A stretch of 64,000 nt of DNA from a virus (Duplodnaviria > Heunggongvirae > Uroviricota > Caudoviricetes): IMG/VR virus record IMGVR_UViG_3300022660_000042. One strand, written 5' to 3'. The position numbers and the translations under genes were made by a program. The first letter of the stretch is position 1, and each line of letters starts with the position of its first letter. Shown one piece after another: positions 43,845 through 52,478 of the stretch. Below the pieces are notes generated by a model, which did no database searches, was not told the DNA's origin, and saw nothing but the letters and a program-made list of their open reading frames with translations.

Positions 43845-44643
43845 CGAAGGTAATGAACTTCATCGGAATGTTTTGGTTAGTAAAGCATGCACATGAAGAC
43901 AATTCGTCATCGTCGTCGAATTCCGGATCTTTATGAACAGGCCAGTTTTCAGGAAGGTCGATTCTGTACATATACATCTGCGGCATTGATTCATCATGGT
44001 CTTCTTCCCATTCAATGACTATCTGGCCGAACATAGACTGTGCGAGGTTGTACATTTCGTCATTAAGCTTATGCTGGGCTGTTCTTACGTTCGTGTCTAT
44101 ATCTATATCACCTCTGAGGATAAGGACCTTTAAAGCCATCTTACCGTTAATCATATAGATACGAGGAGGATAGTTGACCTTCATAGACTTCCTCTTACAA
44201 CGAAGACCACCGGTTTTGACCAAATCATCCGGCGATGCACTGCTTATATGATAGAACTTCGTAAAATCGAGTTTTCCAAGGAACTTATTGAATGTAGCCA
44301 TATATTCCTTGTTTTTGAAAAGCTCAAGTTCGTAATAAGGCTTTACATTATCGACATCTTCTCTTCCTTGGCGGAAAATAAGTTCATCTGTCGTATATTG
44401 TCCTTTAGAATTGACTAGAGAACAATCATCCCAACCGTTAGCGGCGAAAAACTTCGAAATTTCGTCGACTTCAAGTCCTTTATCCGTTAAGGTTGAAATT
44501 GCGAACTTAACTTCCATGCCGTTCAAAATGAGACGCTTTGCACAGTCTTGTAATGGAATATGAAATCTTACTCTGAACTTCTTTACTAATTCAGGCAAAT
44601 CTACAAATTTAAGCGATTCTGTCAAAATATTTAAAAGTCTCAT
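43828..44643 (-). CDS. hypothetical protein, paralog family ending in ...xCACFT
   Basis: Shares the N-terminal MRL start and the C-terminal HKDPEFDDDDELSSCACFTNQNI motif with the adjacent 44644..45366 gene. Confidence 0.5.
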   Translation of the reverse strand: MRLLNILTESLKFVDLPELVKKFRVRFHIPLQDCAKRLILNGMEVKFAISTLTDKGLEVDEISKFFAANGWDDCSLVNSKGQYTTDELIFRQGREDVDNVKPYYELELFKNKEYMATFNKFLGKLDFTKFYHISSASPDDLVKTGGLRCKRKSMKVNYPPRIYMINGKMALKVLILRGDIDIDTNVRTAQHKLNDEMYNLAQSMFGQIVIEWEEDHDESMPQMYMYRIDLPENWPVHKDPEFDDDDELSSCACFTNQNIPMKFITFVEELS

Positions 44644-45366
44644 TTATTCTCCAATCATTTTCTTTAACTTTTGAATTGTATCTGCATATTTATCATTAGA
44701 ACTTACGAGTTCAATCCAAGAAGGGTCAATCTTATGCGTTGTAAAACAGGCACCAGTCGAAACTTCTTCTTCTAACTCTGTATATTCCGGGTCTTTATAA
44801 ACTTTTACTGTATCTGGCAATCTTACAAGGTAAATATTCTTGCCATACGGTCTCATTGCTTCGATGACATAGTAAACATTGTCCCAAAATTCAAACTTAT
44901 TCTTTGTATGTGCTGCAATTTCTTCGAGACTCCAAAGATATACACGAGCTTCGTTATAAATCGGACCAACCTTTGTATCGTTAGGATGTTCGTCGTCCCA
45001 GCTGTTATACTTTGCCGGACGAAATCCAATCTTAGAAAATACTTCAATATTTCTATGTGCGGCACGAAGATATAAACCGTGGAATTTCTTGGCGAACTTG
45101 GAATCTGTCTTATATTCTGTTTTAGAATTTCTCAAAACCAATGACCAATCGCTATAGGCTCCGATTCTCCAGCCATAAGCGTCCAATAGTTCATCGAATT
45201 CTTTAACAGTGTATTTAATCTTGTCAAAAATGGAAGGATCCATTTCAATAACACCGTCGTTTTCGTCAAGGACATAATGTGCCACATCGATTCCTAGTTT
45301 TCCCTTTAGGAATCCAACCAACTGCTGTGGTGTTGTTGTATGTGTAAGAAATTCAACTAGACGCAT
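44644..45366 (-). CDS. hypothetical protein, paralog of 43828..44643
   Basis: C-terminal YKDPEYTELEEEVSTGACFTTHKI motif; 240 aa. Confidence 0.5.
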   Translation of the reverse strand: MRLVEFLTHTTTPQQLVGFLKGKLGIDVAHYVLDENDGVIEMDPSIFDKIKYTVKEFDELLDAYGWRIGAYSDWSLVLRNSKTEYKTDSKFAKKFHGLYLRAAHRNIEVFSKIGFRPAKYNSWDDEHPNDTKVGPIYNEARVYLWSLEEIAAHTKNKFEFWDNVYYVIEAMRPYGKNIYLVRLPDTVKVYKDPEYTELEEEVSTGACFTTHKIDPSWIELVSSNDKYADTIQKLKKMIGE

Positions 45367-45668
45367 TCTTTACCTATAATCATCTTGACATTTTTCTCAA
45401 TTTCATAAGTCAAAGTTTCTGGGACAATCGGAAGAACCTTTATTGTACTGTCGTCAATAACCATGGTAACATGACTGTTTCCGAAAATATAGTAGAAGTT
45501 AATTTCAGTTCCGCATTCTTCAATCGAAAGTGAAAGTGCTTTCGTACTTTTATTTTCATTTGTTTTTGACATTATAACGTTTCTATCTCGAATAGCCTTG
45601 TCCATATCGACAAAAACTTTCTTGACATTATCGTAATTGAGTGCTCGCCAGTTTATATTGTCGTTCAT
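45357..45668 (-). CDS. hypothetical protein
   Basis: 103-aa ORF. Confidence 0.45.
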   Translation of the reverse strand: MNDNINWRALNYDNVKKVFVDMDKAIRDRNVIMSKTNENKSTKALSLSIEECGTEINFYYIFGNSHVTMVIDDSTIKVLPIVPETLTYEIEKNVKMIIGKECV

Positions 45669-45688
45669 ATCATATTTATAAGTATAAA

Positions 45689-45718
45689 AAGAGCATAGAA
45701 CTTTTCATCTATGCTCTT
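45689..45718. terminator. rho-independent terminator hairpin downstream of MFS gene
   Basis: AAGAGCATAG-aacttttcat-CTATGCTCTT inverted repeat. Confidence 0.55.
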
Positions 45719-45738
45719 AAACTTAAAATTTATAGTTG

Positions 45739-46890
45739 TTAGGCTACATTGTCTCGTTTTACGAAAATGGTAAATCCAAGGAAACCAATAAAATAGAGAA
45801 GTGCCAAAACAAGATATAAAGTATTGTCAGTAAACAAGTTTCCAAGAATAGGTCCCGCAATTCCAGCAAATCCCCAGGCACTAAGCGTCATAGAGTGAAC
45901 TGTAGAAAGACAACTATCTCCGAATCTCTTAGCAAGTAAACTTGGCAAACAACTGAATCCTCCGCCGTAGTTCCATTCAATCATCAAAATACCAGCTACA
46001 AGCAAAATCGGATTTTGTGTATAACACAAAAACGCACCAAGAATACCCAAACTTGCAACCCAATGATAAGCAGCCTTTCTACCAATCGAATCACTAGCCG
46101 TACTCATTCCAAATCGACCACCGACATTTGCAACAGCTGTAGCAGCCATAAGTGAAGCGATAGCAGTATATCCAGCATTTAAAAACAGGCTCTTTTCCTG
46201 AGAAATAAGTGCAAGGCCGCATGTAATGTTGATAAAGAACATAAACCAAATCGAAATATATTCTTTAGTCAAAAATTTGGCCTTTATAAGAGTCTTATAC
46301 GGAATAGCAGTATATTTTGTAGAAATATATGCAGGATTAGGTTTATATAGCCATGAAGAGAAACTCATTACAACTAAGAAAATCAATCCCATGAGTAAGA
46401 ATACAACTGGCAACGTAAAGGTTGCAAGCAAATACTCAATCATAGGAGCCGCAACGAACTTTCCCAATCCGAAACCGGTAATAGCCAATCCGGAAGCGAG
46501 TCCTTTATGATTACTGAAGTTTGCAAGCAGCTGTTTAATTGGTGCCGTATAGCCTATGCCGGTACCGCAACCCATAAATGAACAGCCGATATAATAAAGT
46601 GGTAAAAATCCAGTATAGGTTGCAAACGAAAGTAGCAATAATCCTATTGCAAACAGAATTGTTGAAACTATCGCCATTCGTTTCGGGAACATTTCAACGA
46701 ATCTTCCGAAAACCGCAGCACCCATGCCAAGGAAGAAAATAATCAGAGTAAATCCAATATCAGCTGAGAATTTCGAAATATCAAAAGTCTCCATGATATT
46801 CTTGGCATATTGTGAATAGTTATAAACTGAACCTAAACTGACAGGTAACAAAATACCCGGAATTAAAATATTGAGAAATCTATTTGTCAT
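45739..46890 (-). CDS. MFS-family transporter (oxalate/formate antiporter-like)
   Basis: 383 aa with ~11-12 hydrophobic helices spaced throughout, as in major facilitator superfamily transporters. Confidence 0.7.
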   Translation of the reverse strand: MTNRFLNILIPGILLPVSLGSVYNYSQYAKNIMETFDISKFSADIGFTLIIFFLGMGAAVFGRFVEMFPKRMAIVSTILFAIGLLLLSFATYTGFLPLYYIGCSFMGCGTGIGYTAPIKQLLANFSNHKGLASGLAITGFGLGKFVAAPMIEYLLATFTLPVVFLLMGLIFLVVMSFSSWLYKPNPAYISTKYTAIPYKTLIKAKFLTKEYISIWFMFFINITCGLALISQEKSLFLNAGYTAIASLMAATAVANVGGRFGMSTASDSIGRKAAYHWVASLGILGAFLCYTQNPILLVAGILMIEWNYGGGFSCLPSLLAKRFGDSCLSTVHSMTLSAWGFAGIAGPILGNLFTDNTLYLVLALLYFIGFLGFTIFVKRDNVA

Positions 46891-46891
46891 A

Positions 46892-47266
46892 TTAATTGAA
46901 TGCCGTAGTAATAGGGTCTTTGAATACTTCCTTGAATTCGTGTTTGAGTTTCATATTGAAATGCCAATATGGGTCGAATAATGGATCCGTATTTTCAATC
47001 AATCCGATAGTATCAGATTCTTCCTTTGGAATGTCCCATGAAATATCAAATATTCCATTATCAAGAACATTTAAAGTAAACTTTATATTCGGACAAGTAC
47101 CATCCCGGTCAAATATATGACCGAAAATACCAGCAATATCTTCAGTAATGAAATTGCTAGGTGGTTTGATAAGTAATTTGTATACGCCTGTTCTGAATTT
47201 TATATTATTATCATCTATCTTGTCACGCCAAGTAGATGAATATGTTGAATCATATGTCATTTTCAC
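46892..47266 (-). CDS. hypothetical protein
   Basis: 124-aa ORF. Confidence 0.45.
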   Translation of the reverse strand: MKMTYDSTYSSTWRDKIDDNNIKFRTGVYKLLIKPPSNFITEDIAGIFGHIFDRDGTCPNIKFTLNVLDNGIFDISWDIPKEESDTIGLIENTDPLFDPYWHFNMKLKHEFKEVFKDPITTAFN

Positions 47267-48042
47267 CTCGTCTTATAACCAAAGGGCAACATTTCGTCCT
47301 TTATAAATTCTTTATATTTATACAGTCCGATTTCTTCAATTACCCAATTTTCATCGACGGGTTTAGTAAAGTCAAAAACAGGAATACAGTCATATTTCGT
47401 ATGCTGATTAAACTTATAGAGGTAGTTTAAGAACATAGCAATATCAGTATTGCAATAATCTATAAAATTTTTGCACTCATCTACCGTAGCAAATCCGATA
47501 TACTGATTTTTGAGTTTTAAGGCACTTTCGGGGACGTTTTGAACTGGAGTATATCTTTCCTTGGACAAAAGCGTACACCAGTCCCAGGCTCGTCTATGGC
47601 CTCTTATATCGCTTAATTGGATATACCAGGTATTCTTCTTTCCCTGTTCGGTTCCAATAGTCTTTTTTCCAACCAGATATGCATCTACAATCTTCGTAAT
47701 TTCCTTATATTTCTCAGGATCCGAAAATCTGTTAAATCGTAAATCATAGAGGTCAAGTTTCTTTTGGTCAAACTTGAAAATACCTACATCCGAGAAAAAT
47801 TCAGCATCTTCAAACTTTGCATCACCGACAACGGTTTCAATACGGCTAAAAGACTCAAATCTTTCATTGAGAATTTCGATATGCTTATTGTTGATATTTT
47901 CCTTAATACGATGATTGTCTACAAAATCAGTAGGTACAAGCCAAACGGCGGAATCTGCGAATTTCTCACATTCCGACATTACTTTTAAATAAAGCTTTTC
48001 GCCTTTACCGATATATGGTGGATTTCCGATTATTGTAAACAT
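47263..48042 (-). CDS. N6-adenine DNA methyltransferase, C-terminal fragment (motif IV NPPY onward)
   Basis: Starts MFTIIGNPPYIGKG. FTIIGNPPY matches the gamma-class motif IV context (TaqI FDLILGNPPY, from memory). No SAM-binding motif I in this ORF. Confidence 0.7.
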   Translation of the reverse strand: MFTIIGNPPYIGKGEKLYLKVMSECEKFADSAVWLVPTDFVDNHRIKENINNKHIEILNERFESFSRIETVVGDAKFEDAEFFSDVGIFKFDQKKLDLYDLRFNRFSDPEKYKEITKIVDAYLVGKKTIGTEQGKKNTWYIQLSDIRGHRRAWDWCTLLSKERYTPVQNVPESALKLKNQYIGFATVDECKNFIDYCNTDIAMFLNYLYKFNQHTKYDCIPVFDFTKPVDENWVIEEIGLYKYKEFIKDEMLPFGYKTR

Positions 48043-48431
48043 AGAAGGTCACGTTCAGCTTGTAGATTAGAAATAACTTTTAAAAAATCTCCGTCGTTAT
48101 TTATTGTAATGGTCCAATCCTTACCGCTAACTACGTCGCCGTGCAAAAATTTGACATCACAAGAACTCGGTTGAATACTGAAAACTTTATCATCATATTT
48201 TTCTTGACTTTCATAGATGGCTTTAAATTTCTTTGAACAAAAACCAACACCAGAATATAAATTCGGGGCTTTAAATAAACCATAACAACATGGCAATCTT
48301 CCAAGGTTACTACTATAGTCCTGGCTTGAGAAATAACAGACTCTATCTATTAAATCGGAAGTAACAGAATGTTTAATTGTCTTATCATTTCGAACAATCG
48401 AGAATTTAATCTTTTTCTTAAACCAAAGCAA
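48030..48431 (-). CDS. small protein, tandem paralog A (C-terminal GDxVxGKDWTIxINxDGDFxKVIxNLxxE motif)
   Basis: 133 aa; C-terminal ...HGDVVSGKDWTITINNDGDFLKVISNLQAERDL is shared with the next two ORFs. Confidence 0.5.
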   Translation of the reverse strand: MLWFKKKIKFSIVRNDKTIKHSVTSDLIDRVCYFSSQDYSSNLGRLPCCYGLFKAPNLYSGVGFCSKKFKAIYESQEKYDDKVFSIQPSSCDVKFLHGDVVSGKDWTITINNDGDFLKVISNLQAERDLLCLQ

Positions 48432-48813
48432 TTTCAGTCTCCAGGTTATAAATCAATTTTTCAAAACTAAATTGAGAATCTAATGTAATCGTCCAGTCAT
48501 GGCATTTAACAGTATCGCCAAGCTTGAAACTCGCGCCACAATCATCAAGATTCTTATAGCTAGAGCCAAACATTACATCCTGATATTCTTCCGGGTACAA
48601 TACCATGTATTTTGTAAATTCTTGATTATCATTAGTAAAACTTAATCGGGTATCGTCTTTTCGAGAAGAATTACAAAGGTAATATTTTCGTGTTTTACCG
48701 TTATGAACAATCTTTACTCTTAAAGTATTAGAACTATGTCTTCTACTGCAATACATATTCCATTTCCAAGTTGTTGAAGAGACGTTTAAAATCACCAGTA
48801 GTATTAAGTTCAA
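48418..48813 (-). CDS. small protein, tandem paralog B
   Basis: C-terminal ...LGDTVKCHDWTITLDSQFSFEKLIYNLETEIAL. The real start is probably the internal MYCSRR. Confidence 0.5.
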   Translation of the reverse strand: MNLILLVILNVSSTTWKWNMYCSRRHSSNTLRVKIVHNGKTRKYYLCNSSRKDDTRLSFTNDNQEFTKYMVLYPEEYQDVMFGSSYKNLDDCGASFKLGDTVKCHDWTITLDSQFSFEKLIYNLETEIALV

Positions 48814-49201
48814 TAGTCCAGGTAGGAAATACTACCTTATCGCCACGTTTGAGAATATATGTTGCATCACATGGATATACATGAGAACCATAATGTACAC
48901 GTGTTTCAACTTCATCATGTTCAGACATATATCTTACACCAAATCCATAAATTTCTTCAGGTGTTGGATTATGCAGCTGACCCATCGAAAGAATATCATA
49001 ATATTGCGACATACTATCAAAACGTTGTGTCAAATCCGGCTTATATTTATCGCTGCTATAAATTGTAGTCTTAAACCAAGGCGCATATTCGAGACGACTT
49101 GAACGACCATTTCGAAAAACAGTAAATAAAACCGGTTTTTCATGTTTCACCGATTCTTTGGTTTCAGGCTCATCATAGATATGTTTATAATCTGTCAACA
49201 T
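48743..49201 (-). CDS. small protein, tandem paralog C
   Basis: C-terminal ...RGDKVVFPTWTIELNTTGDFKRLFNNLEMEYVL. Confidence 0.5.
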   Translation of the reverse strand: MLTDYKHIYDEPETKESVKHEKPVLFTVFRNGRSSRLEYAPWFKTTIYSSDKYKPDLTQRFDSMSQYYDILSMGQLHNPTPEEIYGFGVRYMSEHDEVETRVHYGSHVYPCDATYILKRGDKVVFPTWTIELNTTGDFKRLFNNLEMEYVLQ

Positions 49202-49647
49202 ACAAATTCCGCAAATCCGCTATTTTCAATTTTTGTTTCATCGACTTCTTCTTTAGGTTTCCAGTTTTCAAAATCCCACTTAAAGAAATCGGCACATACA
49301 ATATTTTTGTTTACAATTTTACTGTATTTAGGTCCAACAATTTCAAGAATTCTTTGGACACACAAATCTCTGTTATCCTGCATTAATTCAACACCGTAAA
49401 GTGTCTTTACTGCATCTTCAACCGAAATTCCAGAAGCAAGACGTTTTTCAAGCATACGAACAAGGATGTTTCCGCTTCCCGCTGTAGGATCCAAAAATGT
49501 GGCTTTAGGGTCTTTCCATTTTTCTTCAGGAATTTTAGTAATCATTTGGTCAATAACTGCAAATGGTGTAAATACTTCACCGTTCTTGGTGATACGTTCT
49601 TTAGAACGTTGAATTCCATCATTAGTAGTAAATAACTCTTTAGACAT
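49195..49647 (-). CDS. N6-adenine DNA methyltransferase, N-terminal fragment (motifs X, I, II, III)
   Basis: EVFTPFAV (FTP motif), FLDPTAGSGN (motif I FxGxG), YGVEL (motif II) and VCADFFKW (motif III, compare TaqI ADFLLW). The ORF then stops before any NPPY. Confidence 0.7.
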   Translation of the reverse strand: MSKELFTTNDGIQRSKERITKNGEVFTPFAVIDQMITKIPEEKWKDPKATFLDPTAGSGNILVRMLEKRLASGISVEDAVKTLYGVELMQDNRDLCVQRILEIVGPKYSKIVNKNIVCADFFKWDFENWKPKEEVDETKIENSGFAEFVC

Positions 49648-49684
49648 AATTTAAATATAACAATTTTTCTTAATTTTGTAAGCG

Positions 49685-50467
49685 CTATCGTGATGCATAG
49701 CTTTCAGACCAGTCTTCTTTTTCGATAGCATGCATTTTTGCATATGAATCTTTACTGTCACCTTCAAATTTAGCCAAATCACTTAGTAAATCACAGTTAT
49801 GCATAATTGCTTTTGCGGTACATTCCTTAAATCTTCTAACATCATCACTGTTTTTAATTGAAAGTATGGCATTCAAGTTATAGAAAAAACAATCCATATC
49901 TTCTTTATCTGAATTTACTCTAATAGTCTGACATGTATGATAAAAACCTTTTGTTTTTCCAATAGAATATATACAATTTTTTATAATGTTTGCTCTGGCA
50001 GAATTTTTATTTACAAACATTTTTCCAAGTTCATAAGTATCAAAACTATATTCTAGTTCATAAAATCTATATTCATATCTATATGTTTTAGGGTCATTTT
50101 TCAAATGATATTTTCCAACTCTTTTATTATATCTTGCACGTATATTTAAAATAACATCATTATCCGAATGTTTTATATTGAAAATGATGGTAGAATATGG
50201 TATAATATCTGTAACTTCTTCAGGTTCAATTATAGAACCATTATATGTTACTGGTGCTTTATTAAATGCCGAAACATCATAACCGCATACTTCAATACCA
50301 TATTTTTCAAACAGTTTAATAATCTGAAAAATTTCACCTTTTCTAGCTGTTATTTCTTTCTTTGTCTGTTTGATTTTATCAATAACTTTATTATACTGCT
50401 TGATGGGTTTATCAAGAAGTTTGTTAATATCGTTTCCAATTTTAATATCTAAATCTTTCATAATCAA
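49685..50467 (-). CDS. hypothetical protein, array family X (copy 1)
   Basis: 260 aa. C-terminal ...ECTAKAIMHNCDLLSDLAKFE resembles X2 (...CKAAKQNLLMLKSINKLE) and X3 (...CYMARQDMETLKCIEKLD). Also shares a mid-protein GY-II and an RYY/RLY-x-S/T-x-R motif. Confidence 0.5.
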   Translation of the reverse strand: MIMKDLDIKIGNDINKLLDKPIKQYNKVIDKIKQTKKEITARKGEIFQIIKLFEKYGIEVCGYDVSAFNKAPVTYNGSIIEPEEVTDIIPYSTIIFNIKHSDNDVILNIRARYNKRVGKYHLKNDPKTYRYEYRFYELEYSFDTYELGKMFVNKNSARANIIKNCIYSIGKTKGFYHTCQTIRVNSDKEDMDCFFYNLNAILSIKNSDDVRRFKECTAKAIMHNCDLLSDLAKFEGDSKDSYAKMHAIEKEDWSESYASR

Positions 50468-50862
50468 CCAGGCAAAACATCAAATGTTTGTTCAACAGCA
50501 TGCATTTTTAAACGTAAATCGATTTTATAAAAATCAACCTCTCCATCATAGATAGCTTTCAAAAAGATTTTAAGATCTTCTCTTTCCATCTTATTAAACC
50601 AGAACATATGCATATCATCGTTCGGTTTATTTCCATTATGGATTGACATAGCGCTACTGTGAAGTTTTACGCACAACTGATGTCCTGGTAAATGATAATA
50701 AACCGAATGATAACCCTTTATAAATCCAAAAGTTTTCAAAAATGCATCCATAATATCACGTATATGGTCAGCAAACGCTGGAGCTTCATCCAGACATTGC
50801 ATAAAATACGCAAGTTTCATCTCTTTTGGCATATCTGCAAAATTTGAAAGTTTAAATTTCAT
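50464..50862 (-). CDS. hypothetical protein, array family Y (copy 1)
   Basis: 132 aa ending ...VLPG, the same length and C-terminal LPG as Y2. ATGA overlap with X1. Confidence 0.5.
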   Translation of the reverse strand: MKFKLSNFADMPKEMKLAYFMQCLDEAPAFADHIRDIMDAFLKTFGFIKGYHSVYYHLPGHQLCVKLHSSAMSIHNGNKPNDDMHMFWFNKMEREDLKIFLKAIYDGEVDFYKIDLRLKMHAVEQTFDVLPG

Positions 50863-50863
50863 A

Positions 50864-51436
50864 TTATTCGAGTTTGTTAATTGATTTTAACATCAATAAG
50901 TTTTGTTTTGCTGCCTTACATGTAAAATCTCTGTATCTGATAAAATCATCTTCAGTAGTTATTTCGGTTAATGCATCAATTAGCATAAAGAATGTATCTA
51001 CCTTTTCTGGTTCGGTATCGGCAAAAATCTGAATGAACGGTGTTTCATTAGTAGCCCTAGCGTAATGATATTTTATTGTATCTTTCTTAGCTACATATCC
51101 GCCTTTATGACGAATAGACAAATATAGACGACCATTTAATTCTTCTTTTTTAGAAGCAGAAACATTATAATTTAAAACTACAGAATGTGTATTTTCTTTA
51201 CGAATATGAATTGCTGCAAACTTATTATCATTAACTGCATCAATAGATGGTTCTATTACTTCATGGTATATAATTTTATATCCTCTTGAAGTAATCATAT
51301 TTTCAAGAATTTCTGCATCTTCTTTATTTTTCTCATATATAGAACGAAACCGGTTAATAGCCCGGTCGCGTAAATTATTATAATATTCTTTTATACGCTC
51401 AATATTGTCGTCTACTATATTTGAAAATTTACACAT
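50864..51436 (-). CDS. hypothetical protein, array family X (copy 2)
   Basis: 190 aa; paralog of X1 and X3. Confidence 0.5.
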   Translation of the reverse strand: MCKFSNIVDDNIERIKEYYNNLRDRAINRFRSIYEKNKEDAEILENMITSRGYKIIYHEVIEPSIDAVNDNKFAAIHIRKENTHSVVLNYNVSASKKEELNGRLYLSIRHKGGYVAKKDTIKYHYARATNETPFIQIFADTEPEKVDTFFMLIDALTEITTEDDFIRYRDFTCKAAKQNLLMLKSINKLE

Positions 51437-51439
51437 ATA

Positions 51440-51838
51440 TTACCCAGGTAATTTGTCGATTGCTTCTTTCACTTCGGCTTCTTTAATTGCTAAACAATAC
51501 TTTCTGTAATATTCTAAAAAGTCTTCTTTAGATTCGTCATCTACATAATGCATTATAACCGCTGGAAGAAGAGTCATTTCATCACTGCAAATTTTAAAAC
51601 TCTGCTCAAGATTTATTATCTCCAGCAATGTACAAAAATTATTAGTCTTTGCAGATTCAATAGCTGCATTTTCCGGCGCAGTTACAACAATATTTCCATC
51701 AATGTAAAATTTTACTAATTCTTTATAAAGATTACTAACTTCACATGTAATAACTTTGCATTTGGCAAAATTTAAACACGTGTATTTATTAGTACCAGGT
51801 GAAGAATGTAGTAACAGCATATTAATCCAGCTTTTCAA
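51440..51838 (-). CDS. hypothetical protein, array family Y (copy 2)
   Basis: 132 aa ending ...KLPG. Confidence 0.5.
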   Translation of the reverse strand: MKSWINMLLLHSSPGTNKYTCLNFAKCKVITCEVSNLYKELVKFYIDGNIVVTAPENAAIESAKTNNFCTLLEIINLEQSFKICSDEMTLLPAVIMHYVDDESKEDFLEYYRKYCLAIKEAEVKEAIDKLPG

Positions 51839-52415
51839 TGCATTTCAATGTTTCCATATCTTGACGTGCCATATAGCATACGCCAGTTCTGTAACGTTCT
51901 GAATTCTGGTTTTTACGTACTTCTTCCAATTCGTTGAGCAAATTGAAGAAAATATCCTTCAATTCTTTCGGGCTGTCGACACGTACATGACAACGAGGAC
52001 GTGCATTCATAGCGCTAATCATAACATTTCGCTGTGCTTCCCAATCATCGCTATATGCATTGTTGTACATGGTATCGTCGAATGTCGCACGCATAGTTAC
52101 ATAGTAACGGCCGGTTTTCTTCTTGTTGTTACTGGCCATATCGATATGGTGCTTAATTCCGTCTTTTCCCTTTTGAACAATAAACGGAACACGGTTTGAT
52201 TCAAAATTGAAAACAGAAAAACCGATAATGGAATATCCATATTCAGCAAACATGGTTTCAAAATGCTTAAGCTGATTTTCATAGATCTCTTGGAGTTCTA
52301 TGCTTCTACGACGCTTGGAGTCGATAGCATGCTTAATATGCTCGATTTGTTCAAGCATTTTGTTTTCGTCTTTTGTAACTGCGGCATTTACTGCTTCTAA
52401 GAAATTTTTATACAT
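51822..52415 (-). CDS. hypothetical protein, array family X (copy 3)
   Basis: 197 aa; paralog of X1 and X2. Confidence 0.5.
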   Translation of the reverse strand: MYKNFLEAVNAAVTKDENKMLEQIEHIKHAIDSKRRRSIELQEIYENQLKHFETMFAEYGYSIIGFSVFNFESNRVPFIVQKGKDGIKHHIDMASNNKKKTGRYYVTMRATFDDTMYNNAYSDDWEAQRNVMISAMNARPRCHVRVDSPKELKDIFFNLLNELEEVRKNQNSERYRTGVCYMARQDMETLKCIEKLD

Positions 52416-52421
52416 GACTAT

Positions 52422-52452
52422 AATATAATAAAAAGGCTGACTTTCGTCAACC
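52422..52452 (-). promoter_or_regulatory. sigma70-type promoter TTGACG-17-TATATT inside GAAA-tetraloop hairpin plus T-run (drives the X/Y array)
   Basis: Plus-strand AATATA at 52422..52427, CGTCAA at 52445..52450, hairpin AGGCTGACtttcGTCAACCT at 52433..52452 followed by a T6 run. Confidence 0.6.
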
Positions 52453-52478
52453 TTTTTTATTTTAACTATTACAGTGTG

